A stretch of 63,217 nt of DNA, the filler included, from Salisapilia sapeloensis CBS 127946 (taxonomy: Eukaryota; Protista; Oomycota): NCBI GenBank assembly GCA_023334545.1. It is 6 parts of 6 records of this genome, joined end to end, with 100 filler letters (N's around TTAATTAATTAA, not from the genome) between each part and the next. Parts side by side here need not be neighbours in the genome. Positions count along the whole stretch, not along the records: positions 1 to 30,442 come from JAADVB010000222.1; 5 more parts are not named here. One strand, 5' to 3'. Position 1 is the first letter of the stretch, and every line of letters begins with the position of its first letter. Of this stretch, positions 1 to 10,628 are shown one piece after another. The position numbers and the translations under genes were made by a program. The notes below the pieces were generated by a model. That model was not told the origin of the DNA and ran no database searches. It saw nothing but the letters and a program-made list of their open reading frames with translations.

Positions 1-24
1 ACTAGCTCTGCTTCTCGACCTCGA

Positions 25-858
25 CTACTCGACGCTTTGCAAGAACTATGGGCATCGTACACTAGTCAACAAGGAGTCTATACAGCATGCGCGGAAGTGC
101 CCACTTACCTGAATACGGTTCGCCAATGCCTCCTTTGCCCATCGTAATTCAGTCTCAATTTTATCTCTCGAGAGTGTTCGCAAGACGTACTCCACCGTCT
201 CCTCCCTCTGGTTATCCAGATCTAAGTCTGTAGGCTCGATAGCTTGTTCGAATAATCCACCTTCTTCATCACACACTTCCATGTTACAATTATCTGGCAT
301 CATCGCAATTTCAGTCTCAATCAAACTACAGGAAGATAACTGTACGGAAATGACTACCGTCTTGCTGGCTCTTGCCGGCCATCTCGTTTTTTCCAATATA
401 TGACGATCTGCCACTAAAACTGTTGTCTAACTGGATGCTGCTTTGCCCCTGGTTTAGCTCTTCGACATCATCCATACTCATTTCATCCTTTAGACTACCA
501 GCCGAACGCATTGCATCCAGCGCGTCATCTTTTAGCTGGACTCCAGTGGGATACAAGTCCCACGATCCATCGACAAAGTCACCTGGAAACTGATATGTCG
601 TCCCACCGACCACATTCTGCATGCGAGGCAATTGCAGCATCCATGTATCCGTCGACCAAGCAGAAATAATCTCTCCCATGTCGCTACAAAACCTCTCCAT
701 CTCCTGTCGAACGTCCTGCACGACACGCTTCCGTGTTCTCCATCCTCGAAATACTGCCTATTCATGTAATTTTTATTGATAAAGCTAGCATAATCCGCTC
801 GCAATCAAGGCAAAAGTACCTGAATCTTCACGACATAACGTATCCGTTCGTAGCCCAT
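25..858 (-). CDS. IQ-motif protein, IQCC-like (spliced, probably 4 exons)
   Basis: Hand splicing: ATG at 858 gives MGYERIRYVVKIQ, then GTACTT..AATAG intron, then AVFRGWRTRKRVVQDVRQEME (IQ motif IQxxxRGxxxR). The C-terminus RDKIETELRWAKEALANRIQ, intron GTAAGT..CATAG, FLQSVE* ends at 25. It resembles the IQCC pattern of an N-terminal IQ plus a C-terminal ELLWLQQAINSRKEYL-like helix. The middle intron boundary (about 330-400) is uncertain. Confidence 0.7.
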
Positions 859-904
859 TTTTCAACGTCTTTCTAAGATGTGGCTGCATGTCTTCGTTCA
901 CAGT

Positions 905-960
905 CGACGGATTGGTAGAAATTTCAATATACGCTACATGATTGGATAAATATCATTTCT
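905..960. promoter_or_regulatory. Candidate bidirectional promoter (two inverted CCAAT boxes and an Inr-like element)
   Basis: 158-bp gap between divergent start codons (858 minus, 1017 plus). It contains GATTGG at 910-915 and 940-945 and TCATTTC at 953-959, which matches the oomycete Inr consensus YCAYTYY. Confidence 0.4.
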
Positions 961-1016
961 GAAGCTGATCTACTCGCTCATGGAACTTTCTTACATCAGT
1001 TTACATCGCAATCGTC

Positions 1017-2828
1017 ATGAGCTATTCGACATGGAGCCTCGTGACCATGTCCATCACGGTACTCATGGCAGTCGAAGCTACTTTGTATCGCAAGGAAATT
1101 GCAGCGAAAATCCAGCAATGGCGACGGCGAGTGCTCATGTTCCAGAGCATGAGCCGTCGATATGAAAATCGTCGCTTGGAACGCCTTAACTCTAGTAGCA
1201 CGGATACTCGCCACTCGGAGTGGATGTGGAGTCCATCCGTGCCGGAGATGGATGACCTCACGAGTGAAAGTTCAGGAGACGCTGATTCGACACCGGATGG
1301 ACTTGTGGCGTCTCAAAAGAAGCTCGTGCTCGTCATGGTCGGATTACCGGCTCGTGGCAAGAGCTTCGTCGTCCACAAGATGATCAGGTACATTGAATGG
1401 CTTGGCTATCCGACCAAGATCTTTAACGTCGGGAACTATCGTCGGAATCACGGCAAAACAGGCGAAGGCGCCAACTTCTTTTCAGCTGATAACGAAGATG
1501 CCAAGAAGATGAGAGAAGAGATGGCGATGGCTGTACTAGACGATCTACTCAATTGGTTGGATGAAGAAGGCCACGTAGCTGTCTTTGATGCAACGAATAC
1601 GACGAAAGAACGAAGGTCGAATGCTTTTATTATCGAATAAGACAAGTACTTATCGTGTATGTGACAGAGGACACATCTTGCAAAAGGTGAAAAAGCATCA
1701 TAACGTGAGCGTCATGTTCGTCGAAAGCATTTGCGATCGTCAAGACTTGTTAGAAGCCAATTATCGACGGTATTGTAACTTGAAACATTCTTCTAGCAAG
1801 CAACTAGACTGAATATATAAACGATAGGAAATGCTCGAATGACGATTATTCTGGCAAAGACCCGGAACAAGCGCTTAAAGACTTTCGAAAGAGGGTGGAG
1901 GAATACAGCAAAGTCTATCAGACGGTGGAAGACAGTGAAGACGACAACAAAGCTTGCTACGTCAAAGTCTACAACGTACCCACATCATCTGCACCACCAC
2001 AAAATGATCCTAACAGACGTATCTGTAGGCTGGTGAAAAGATCCAAGCGCGATTCTGTCAAGGATTCCTACCATCCCACATCGTCTCCCTTCTCGAGGTA
2101 CCGTATACATAGTTTTCACCACCACTCTATATTAATGCTATTCGACACAGAACATCCATCTCTTCCCTCGTCGCATCTGGCTCGTGCAGGCCGGTCCCAG
2201 CACTACAGCACTACGCGGTATCCTCGGTCTCGACACAGAGTTGTCGCCGGAAGGTCATCGAGTGGCAGTTGCCATCGCTGACTTTATCGAAGGGCAAACG
2301 TTGCAACGTCCGATGGAAGTTTGGACGGGTGCCATGAAAGCTCCTGTCGAAACTGCTCAATACTTGCCTCTTGATAATATGAAACGCTACGTGTCCACGA
2401 CTCTGCTAAACGAACTAGGCGGAGGAGACTTTGAAGGGTTGACGTATGATGAAATCGAACAGTTCTATCCGAAGCATTTTAAAGCACGACAGGAGAACAA
2501 GCTGCACTATCGATACCCTGGTGTCGGTGGTGAAAGCTACGTCGATGTCATTAGTCGCGTTCGTTCGCTCATCATTGAATTTGAACGAAAGAAACGCGAC
2601 GTACTGGTCATCTGCAACGCTTCCATCCTGCGCTGCCTCTACGGATACTTTTCGGGGTGCGATGCGTCCAAAGTACCGTACTTGGAAGCGTACACGAACA
2701 CTGTGATTGAGCTCAGCCCGCATCGTGACGGTTGTGACATCAAGAAATACCCACTAGACGCCGACAATTTGCCGGATATCCGGAGCCCAATTAGCAAAGC
2801 CCCTCAAGGTTTCAGCGCGGAAGATTGA
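1017..2828 (+). CDS. PFKFB: 6-phosphofructo-2-kinase/fructose-2,6-bisphosphatase family protein with N-terminal hydrophobic anchor and degenerate phosphatase domain
   Basis: Kinase motifs GLPARGKS (P-loop), FNVGNYRR and VFDATNTTKERR. PGM-like C-terminal domain with LNELGGG, YRYPG..GESY.DV..R and VLVIC. Several introns, e.g. 2098-2150 GTACCG..ACACAG. Confidence 0.92.
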
Positions 2829-2923
2829 CACAGCGACTACTTTCGAATACAGCTCCAATAAAATTGATTTGAAACATATTCTGGTTCGATATATAAATAG
2901 TTTCCACTTGGCCATTGACAACG

Positions 2924-5086
2924 ATGGGTTCGGAGGAAAATATACAAGTAGCTGTTCGAGTTCGACCACTAGCCGATGGCAAGGGATCTGGATCGCTTGC
3001 TTATGATGGAGAGAATGTACTGGTATCGAATAACCAAACGCAGGCAACGGCAGCATGCTTTCCATGCAAGACATATCTATCTGGAACTGTGTCACAAGAG
3101 GAAGTTTTTCAAGCGACTAGGTGTGGAGACATGGTCGAGTCTGCTTTGGACGGGTTTCCAGTGACGATATTTGCATACGGGAATACTGGAGCTGGAAAGA
3201 GTCATACTATCTTTGGACAGGAAGATAAGTTTAATGGTAAGAAGAAAAGTGTTCAGTCGACAGACGGACTGCTGCCTCGAATTGTTACGCGTATGATGGA
3301 AACGATTGAAACTCGAAAGCAAGAGCGAACGTACAAGATTCGCGTTACGTCTGTAGAAGTTTATAATGAGCAAGTGAAAGATGTATTTGATACCAAGCGC
3401 GAAACCGTTGCTGTACGATATTGCCGGCAGAATGGGTACTACCTAGAGAATGCAACCGTTGTTGAGTGCGAATCTACTGTAGAGCTTGTACGAGTGGTGA
3501 AGTTGGCTGCTGCACAGCGGACGAAGTGTAGCCACCTTCTAAACGCACGTTCAAACCGTAGCCACTGCATCATCACAATCTACATAGACTCCATTCCAGT
3601 GGACACTTCCAACGGTCAGCTACGCCGATATGGAAAACTCACAGTTGTGGATTTAGCTGGCAGCGAGCGTGCGAGCGAGTCTGGTGTAGCTGGACAGCAA
3701 CTCCGCGAAGCTGGACATATCAATAGGAGCCTCCACTCTCTAAACCAAGTAATTCAGGCCATGAACTCTCGTGATCGATCTCGTCACATACCTGTTCGAG
3801 ATTCTAAGTTGACAATGGTATTCTGCTAGGATATAGTTTCTGGCGAAGAATTCACTGATAAGACATGAATGTAGCTTCTTGCTGATGGACTCGGTGGGAA
3901 TAGCAAAACACTGATGATAGCTTGCGTCCATTCAGCTGCTGAGTTCGCTCATGAAGCTGCTAGAACATTGCAATTTGCCATGGGTGTTGCAAAAATCAAG
4001 AACAAGCCAACAGCAGTGCTGAACCCTCATGTAAGGTCTTGTCCGTCTCAAAAGGAAGTAAATCATTAATTATTGTATCCGCGTGGCGTAGGAAAAACTT
4101 GTCGCCGCACTTAAAGCACAAATTCGAGAACTACAAGAGGAAAATCGCATACTACGTATGCGTTCAGTAACACCAGGATGTAAGTTATTAAATGGATGGA
4201 TTCATGACGTCCGTATCTGAGCGTTAAGCATAACGATTGTAGATTTCACAGATAATCCAGTTGAAGGCGAAAGCGAATATCGACCACATCGCATAGAGCG
4301 AGGAGAAGCGAACCAACTAGCTGAGCGCAGGTCAGAACATCCTGGTGATTCTCTATCCAATCCATACGGACCTCGCCGTGTGCTAACATCCGACACAAAT
4401 GTCCGCGACAGTCTCAGAATGCTAAAGTATATATATTTATTTGCATATTTACCATATTTTTCATCATTTTTTATAGGAAAAAGAAGATTGCTCGACAGCT
4501 ACAGCACCGACCCAGCAACAACTTGAATGCGTACGATAGTAAACATCCAATTCTGCGTCCTTTGCAAAGACAACCGCTGGCTCCCGTGAAGCGACACCAT
4601 CAGAGCACGCGAAATGTTACCACAAATCAAATGACCATAAGCCGAACAGTGCAAGGCCCTGTTCAAGCTCATTCGTCCACTGATTTTGCACCTGCAGTGT
4701 CAAGTATTACATCGCAGCAACCACACATACAAGGTCACCACCCTTCAAGATCAGTGGAAACTTGGGCAGAACCTCGCAACTGTGAGACTCAGCCGGAAGA
4801 AGATCCTTTACGAAAGTTACTAGCCAGTTTAGTATCAGACCCGAGCGAGAACAATACGACGTATCATCCACCAGCGCCAGTACGTTTGTTTTCGGTAGAC
4901 ACTCTAGCTACCAGCTCATGTTTTTGTCTATAGGTACCGTCAACGAAACTAGAGTATGTATCTTCCTTTATACCCAAAGATACTACTTACCCTTCACTAC
5001 CATGTATTTTTAATAGAAGCGAGAATAATGAAGACAAGGAAGATGATCTAGCGCGCCAACTCTTCTTACAGCTCTGTAGCCTCTAA
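2924..5086 (+). CDS. Kinesin motor protein, KIF12/kinesin-16-like (multi-exon)
   Basis: NIQVAVRVRP, P-loop FAYGNTGAGKS, switch I NARSNRSH, switch II DLAGSER, and spliced LLADGLGGNSKTLMIACV. A coiled coil follows (EKLVAALKAQIRELQEEN). The stop is placed at 5084-5086 after DDLARQLFLQLCSL. The subfamily call is tentative. Confidence 0.9.
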
Positions 5087-5212
5087 TACATAATACTACG
5101 ATTACGAAAACAATTTGAAAAAACATCGTTTTCTGAGTATGGAATTGTCCAATGAGATGTGATATAGCACCAATATACTACATGAGGAAGAAATATTTTA
5201 TTATCTACCGCG

Positions 5213-6426
5213 ATGGAAGAACCGCAGAATCAGCAGCGGAGTGAGACACCCTTGTTCTGGTGCCACGAATGCTCCGAATATGTTGATAGGGTCATTGACG
5301 TCGACACGCAAGAAGTGTCCTGTCGACAATGCACGAGCTGCTTTGTCGAGGAAGTCGAGTCGGTATGGAAGACAATACCACGACATGCTATTAATACCGC
5401 CCATGACTTTGGTATAACTCATGTAATGCATTACTAGGATGATCCACCGGAACAATTTTGGGAAGACAATGGTGATTCTATTGGTGCGCAGAGTGACACC
5501 CACCGGTCCGCTCGCACGGATGCACTCGGCTCAGTACGTTCTTGCGCCCATATCGTTCAAACGCAACATCTCACAGGATGCTATTCATAGTTTTATAATC
5601 ACATGATGGACGGCCGAGCTCCACAAACGGAGAACCATCGGATGCGTGCAGAAGATCGTAGCGGAGAAAGCGAAGCAAATGGACACGAGCACGGTGAGCC
5701 ACCTGCCGGCATCCAAGAGTACGTATTTATTGCTACTATGCTCTTACTTAGTCTCATGGACGAACTATAGATTCCTTCGTATGATCACACAGGAAATGGG
5801 TGGACAGACTGGACAAGGCGGTGGACGCACCACACGCCGTATGATGACTCGAAATGGCCAGCCGATCGAAGTGTACTTTAGTGAAGGTGAAGTAGGCGGA
5901 GCATCAGGCCTCTTTGGCGCTTTGAATGGCATGATGCCATCAGGTATGGCCAGCGATGCCGGAGACTACGTCTTTGGCAACTTGTCCAGTGTCATCAATC
6001 AACTCATGCAGAACGATCCCAACAGAGTACATATGAGAGTCTATATACATGTCGGTACCCATGCTAAATGCCATCAACCGCTTTTCAATAGCATGGAACA
6101 CCACCAGCTGCAGCCGACGCTATTGAAAAGCTGCCGAAAGTCGAGATTTCGCAAAGCCAAGTGGATATTGGTGCCGACTGCCCCGTATGTAAAGAGTTGT
6201 TTAGTCTAAAGGAAGAAGTGCGAGGTATGCCGTGCGAACACAACTTCCATCCCGATTGCATCCTCCCGTGGCTCAAACTAGTACGTTACTTGTTTTTATA
6301 CTTTATAGCACATCTCTAACGCTTACGTCTACACAGCACAATTCGTGTCCCGTGTGTCGATATGAACTGCCAACTGAAGATGAGGACTATGAAAGCCGCA
6401 GACGGTCGCAAACGTCGGCAGAGTAG
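5213..6426 (+). CDS. RING-H2 E3 ubiquitin ligase, RNF126/RNF115-like
   Basis: N-terminal zinc ribbon FWCHEC..CRQCTSCFVEE. Spliced C-terminal RING-H2 [39 protein letters not shown]. Confidence 0.9.
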
Positions 6427-6703
6427 ATTGGCTAATTGTTTCTCAACTCGCTCTTTACGTACTGTACGAAGGACCTACGTGTCTGCATCCGACAGCTTAT
6501 GAAGGAGCGAATGACAAGGCGCTCGGCCATTGCATCTTTTCCATGCCTTGAATTCATTTTTTGCCAAAGATAAATGCAGCTGTATCGTATATGACGATCG
6601 CAAGTTGAAACTCCTGTCTAGAAGTGACCATCAATATCAAGCGACGCCAGTAGCTTCGTTCCATTCGCCTCTCTTGTTCCTCTCTCTTGTGCTATAAACG
6701 TTC

Positions 6704-7811
6704 ATGAAATCAGCTTTTGGAAGGAAAGAAGCAGACTTGATAGAGGCCATAGGTACCTATGAGGTAGGCTCTTGCTTTGCTTGTGAAATGATTCATGGAT
6801 CGGCATATACGTATATGATTGTTTAGCTTCTTGTCGCGATTGCAAGGTCCAAGAATCCAGACTTTGACTTTATAGATGAAGATCAGGTGCAAGATGGTCT
6901 TCGAGGTACTCGTACATGTATGTACACGATATGACTATGGCTCAACGACAATATCTTGTAGAGTGTCAACTGTGTTTATGCCGGATCAAAAGGGTAGAAT
7001 TGGAGGAGATGATCCATACGAAGCGATGTAAAGGAATTTTAAAAGGAATCGATAGCGAATGTGAAGATTTGGCAAATGAAATTAAAGGAGAGCTGCATCA
7101 AGTGATTGAAGCAGCTTTCAATTGCTCTTCGGTACAATCTGTGTCGTTGGGATTGCTGCCTTACATATGACGCTCAAATGACCTAGACTTATTCTGCCAA
7201 CCGTCGAGCACAAGCACTGATGGAACTTGTGATTCTCATGCTGGTCGCCGAGGTACGTTCTCTACAGCTACGACCACCTTGGTAAGTTCACCTAACATTC
7301 CACTTAGCGAGAACAAGAGGCTCGTCATGCGTATACGGAAGCAGTTGCTATCATTCAAAGCTCGGAATCCATTGATATGGACACCCACCAGATTGTAAAT
7401 CAATTCTATTCGTCTCGCTTGACTCCTTCGAACATCTAGCCTGATATGTCTGTAGATGCACAGAGTGGATGAAAGACTGAAAGTGTCTAACAGTAACCTG
7501 GATGCTTGCATCGTTGCCAAATGTCCGTCTACCGAGCAGACCCAATGCATACAAGAAGTATACATCCGTGAGGCTGGAAGTGTAGACAAGGACCTGACCA
7601 AGTCTCAACTCAGCAATCTTATTGCCAGCTTCAACGTTCGTCCTACGCTCTCCGATGACGAGCTACATAAGATATGGACACAGGTATATCCCCACTTCAC
7701 TCGATCAAGTAGAAACCCTCTATACTCCTGTGCATGTAGATGACCAACTCAGATCCTATCGCTACCAACGTTTCGTACAGCAAGATACTCGAATGGTGTT
7801 CCTACACTTAA
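6704..7811 (+). CDS. Hypothetical multi-exon protein with degenerate EF-hand-like C-terminus
   Basis: Hand splicing from ATG 6704 (MKSAFGRKEADLIEAIGTYE) through several GT-AG introns links the short ORFs at 6916 and 7456. It ends LTKSQLSNLIASFNVRPTLSDDELHKIWTQ/MTNSDPIATNVSYSKILEWCSYT*. Confidence 0.55.
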
Positions 7812-7913
7812 AGCAATGCATGTTTACAAAAGATGCTGCTCAAGAGCGCTTTTGATTCTCCTTATCTTGTATGCCGCTACTGTTGTCCTATTAATGCATT
7901 CTTCTTTCGCTCT

Positions 7914-10050
7914 TTATGTGCACTGGGCTAGCGCTCGGTTCGCAAAGTACACCACGTCATTATCCGCATCTTGCGCGAGCGCCTGCAAACAAGGCTTCAC
8001 CTGTCCTTCCACTGCAGATGCATCAACCTTGGGCGTCACGGCCTCGAGTGTCTTGGCCACGTTAAAACGAACGTTCGGGACAGGATCCTGCTGTGCCAGA
8101 TCAACGGCAAGCGGGATCAGGTGCTCCTGAATCGTCTCTGGGTTCATGGCTTCGCACAGCACGGCAACGGCATGCAACGCCGTCAGTCGGTGCAAGTAGT
8201 TCTCATCACCTCGCATGGTCGCGATGCGTGGTAGGATGTGCGCCTTGGCCCACTCGACGCCAAATGTCTCTGTCAGTCTCTTCAAATTAACAGTCGCAGC
8301 TTCGCGAATCGAGTAGACACTGTCGTTCAGCCAGGACATGCAAAGCTCGAGCAGCTGCTCTTCAAAGTAGCTCTGTCCGAGTTGCGCTGCGAGCACAGGA
8401 ATGTATTCGATGATAGCGAGACGGACGCGCCACTGTCGGTCTTCCGCGAGTTGGCTGATGGCTGGCATCAACGATTGCGAGAGGAGTTCAATGCCGACGA
8501 CGTTATTGCCTTCCTTGAGATTCGAAATCACGTTTAGACGCACCTCGGAGTTCTGGTCATTCAATAGTTGTAGGAAAAGAGGAAGAAGGTGTTCTATCGT
8601 AAGATCTCTGCCTAGACTAGGAGCTAGCTTCATCACACCAGCCGCGAGGGCAGAGCGAACGTGATCAGACAAGTCTCTCGACAACGTCTGCAAGCACGGA
8701 ACGACGCGATCGACAACTTGTTGTGGTGGAAACAACTTGCAAAAGCCAGTTACCTGTCCGACATGCATAAGTATTGACATATAACGAGATAGGAAGAGGG
8801 AGGATGTACTTTAGACGTTGCAGCAGTACGCACTTCAGCTTCCGAGTCTTCTAGCAACGCGACAAAGCAGTCTCCGAGCGACGCGTTGATCGTATCGTTA
8901 TTAATCGCGTCACAAAGGTCTGGGAAGCGATTCGCGACGGACCATCGGACACGCCAGGAACTATCTCGAGCAGTATCGAAGAGCACGGAAAGCACTTGAG
9001 ACGTTAGCACATCTGCCGGAATCTGTTTCACGAGTGCAACGGCGTTATCGACCGTATGGATACGAACAGAGTCTTGCTGGTCTTTGGCGAGAGATAAGAA
9101 AAGCGGAAGCATCTCATTCGTCGCGACTTCTCCCGACATCTTTCGCATCGTATGAGAAACGTTCACGAGATTGATACAAGATACAAGGACGTACCGTAGC
9201 GACAAAGACGCCAAAGGCACTAGAAGCAGCCTTACGGACCATCGGTGTATCGTCACGACATAGCTGCGTAAAGAGCTGACGAAGCTCCGTCTGGAGCTCT
9301 GTCGAGAGAGAAGCATAGCCGATGTGGAAGAGGTTGCAGGACGCGATGCGAGATGTGAACCTGTCGACAGAAAACTTAGCATAGTAGACAAGCATACAGT
9401 CTACAGGGCAGCATACCAATCGCGCGTGACGAGACGTCGGAGTGTCGGGACAAAGTGCTGGGCGATGCTGTCTGCGTCCATGGACTCGACCACTTTGCAG
9501 ATAGAACTCACAGCCTACATTTACATTAGCGTATGGTACTGATAAAACGTGATAGAGGGGGTACCATGTCTCGGACGGACGCTTCATCGACAGTAGCGAG
9601 AGACTCGAGTGGTCGTAGAAGCTGGTGGGCGTTAGCTGGACCACCAACGACATCTACAAATCCTCCGAGCTCTTCTGCCATAGCTAGTAGGACTTCATCC
9701 TCATCATCCAAAGAGTCTACGACATGCACATTTAATCCCATTCTCGAACGAGTACGAAGAGGACGAACCATTGAGGAATGGCAAAAGCTCTGATTGTGTT
9801 CGCTCCGGTCCAAGTACTGAGGCTATCAAGGATGATTAATACACATGAGTTTGCCTATCACCTACGAGTCTACTACCGATGATGTGGATTTTTTTAATCG
9901 AATTCAATCGGAGTTGGACGTCCTCATGCTTGAGTTCGTCCACTAGAATCGCGACAGGATACATGCTCTCATCTATATATCCACACCAACATTATTGCCC
10001 AAGCCGTATATAGTATATGGTTCATCTGCACCTGTCGTCGCGGTAGCCAT
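7914..10050 (-). CDS. PPP2R1A: Protein phosphatase 2A scaffold subunit A (PR65, HEAT repeats)
   Basis: Spliced N-terminus [36 protein letters not shown] repeats, [24 protein letters not shown] and D.DVVYFA end. Confidence 0.97.
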
Positions 10051-10628
10051 GATATCTTTCTATCTTTAGGAAGAAGGGAGACGCAAGTGGATAGTCTATC
10101 CAGTCAAGCACCGCCACAATAAGCATATCAACACCACCTGCGATTAATAAAGCCATAGATGTACGTACGTGTATGCTCAGTCGATCGGTAGCAAGCGTTT
10201 TCGAATAACTGCAGTCGATACTCGTCGAGCCACTTCGTTGGTCGCGAGGGGAATTTAGATGTGTGACTACGAAGTCAGTCACAAATGATGCTTAGGACGG
10301 AAGAAAGTCGTCGGAAAAGTCCAGCGATGACGCGAGTACTAAAGGGCAAACGACTGCTTGGAACGTACACTAGTAGGAAACGGCAGAAGGATAGGCTAGT
10401 TGACGAGAGCCGTTATCATTTACGACCTCCAGTTCTTCCCGGACATGTGCCCTTTTTCGTACATGGCATGTGTCCCAAAAGCAAATGCACGAGATGTGTA
10501 TAGGTTGAATCGAGCTATATAGTTCTGCTATCCTACATGCAAAAATGCAAAAGTAGTCGTAAAGTTTAATCGTCCTGGCTGGAGTCAAGTCGGATGGTAC
10601 GTCCATGCACCCTTGTCTCACTAGAAGA

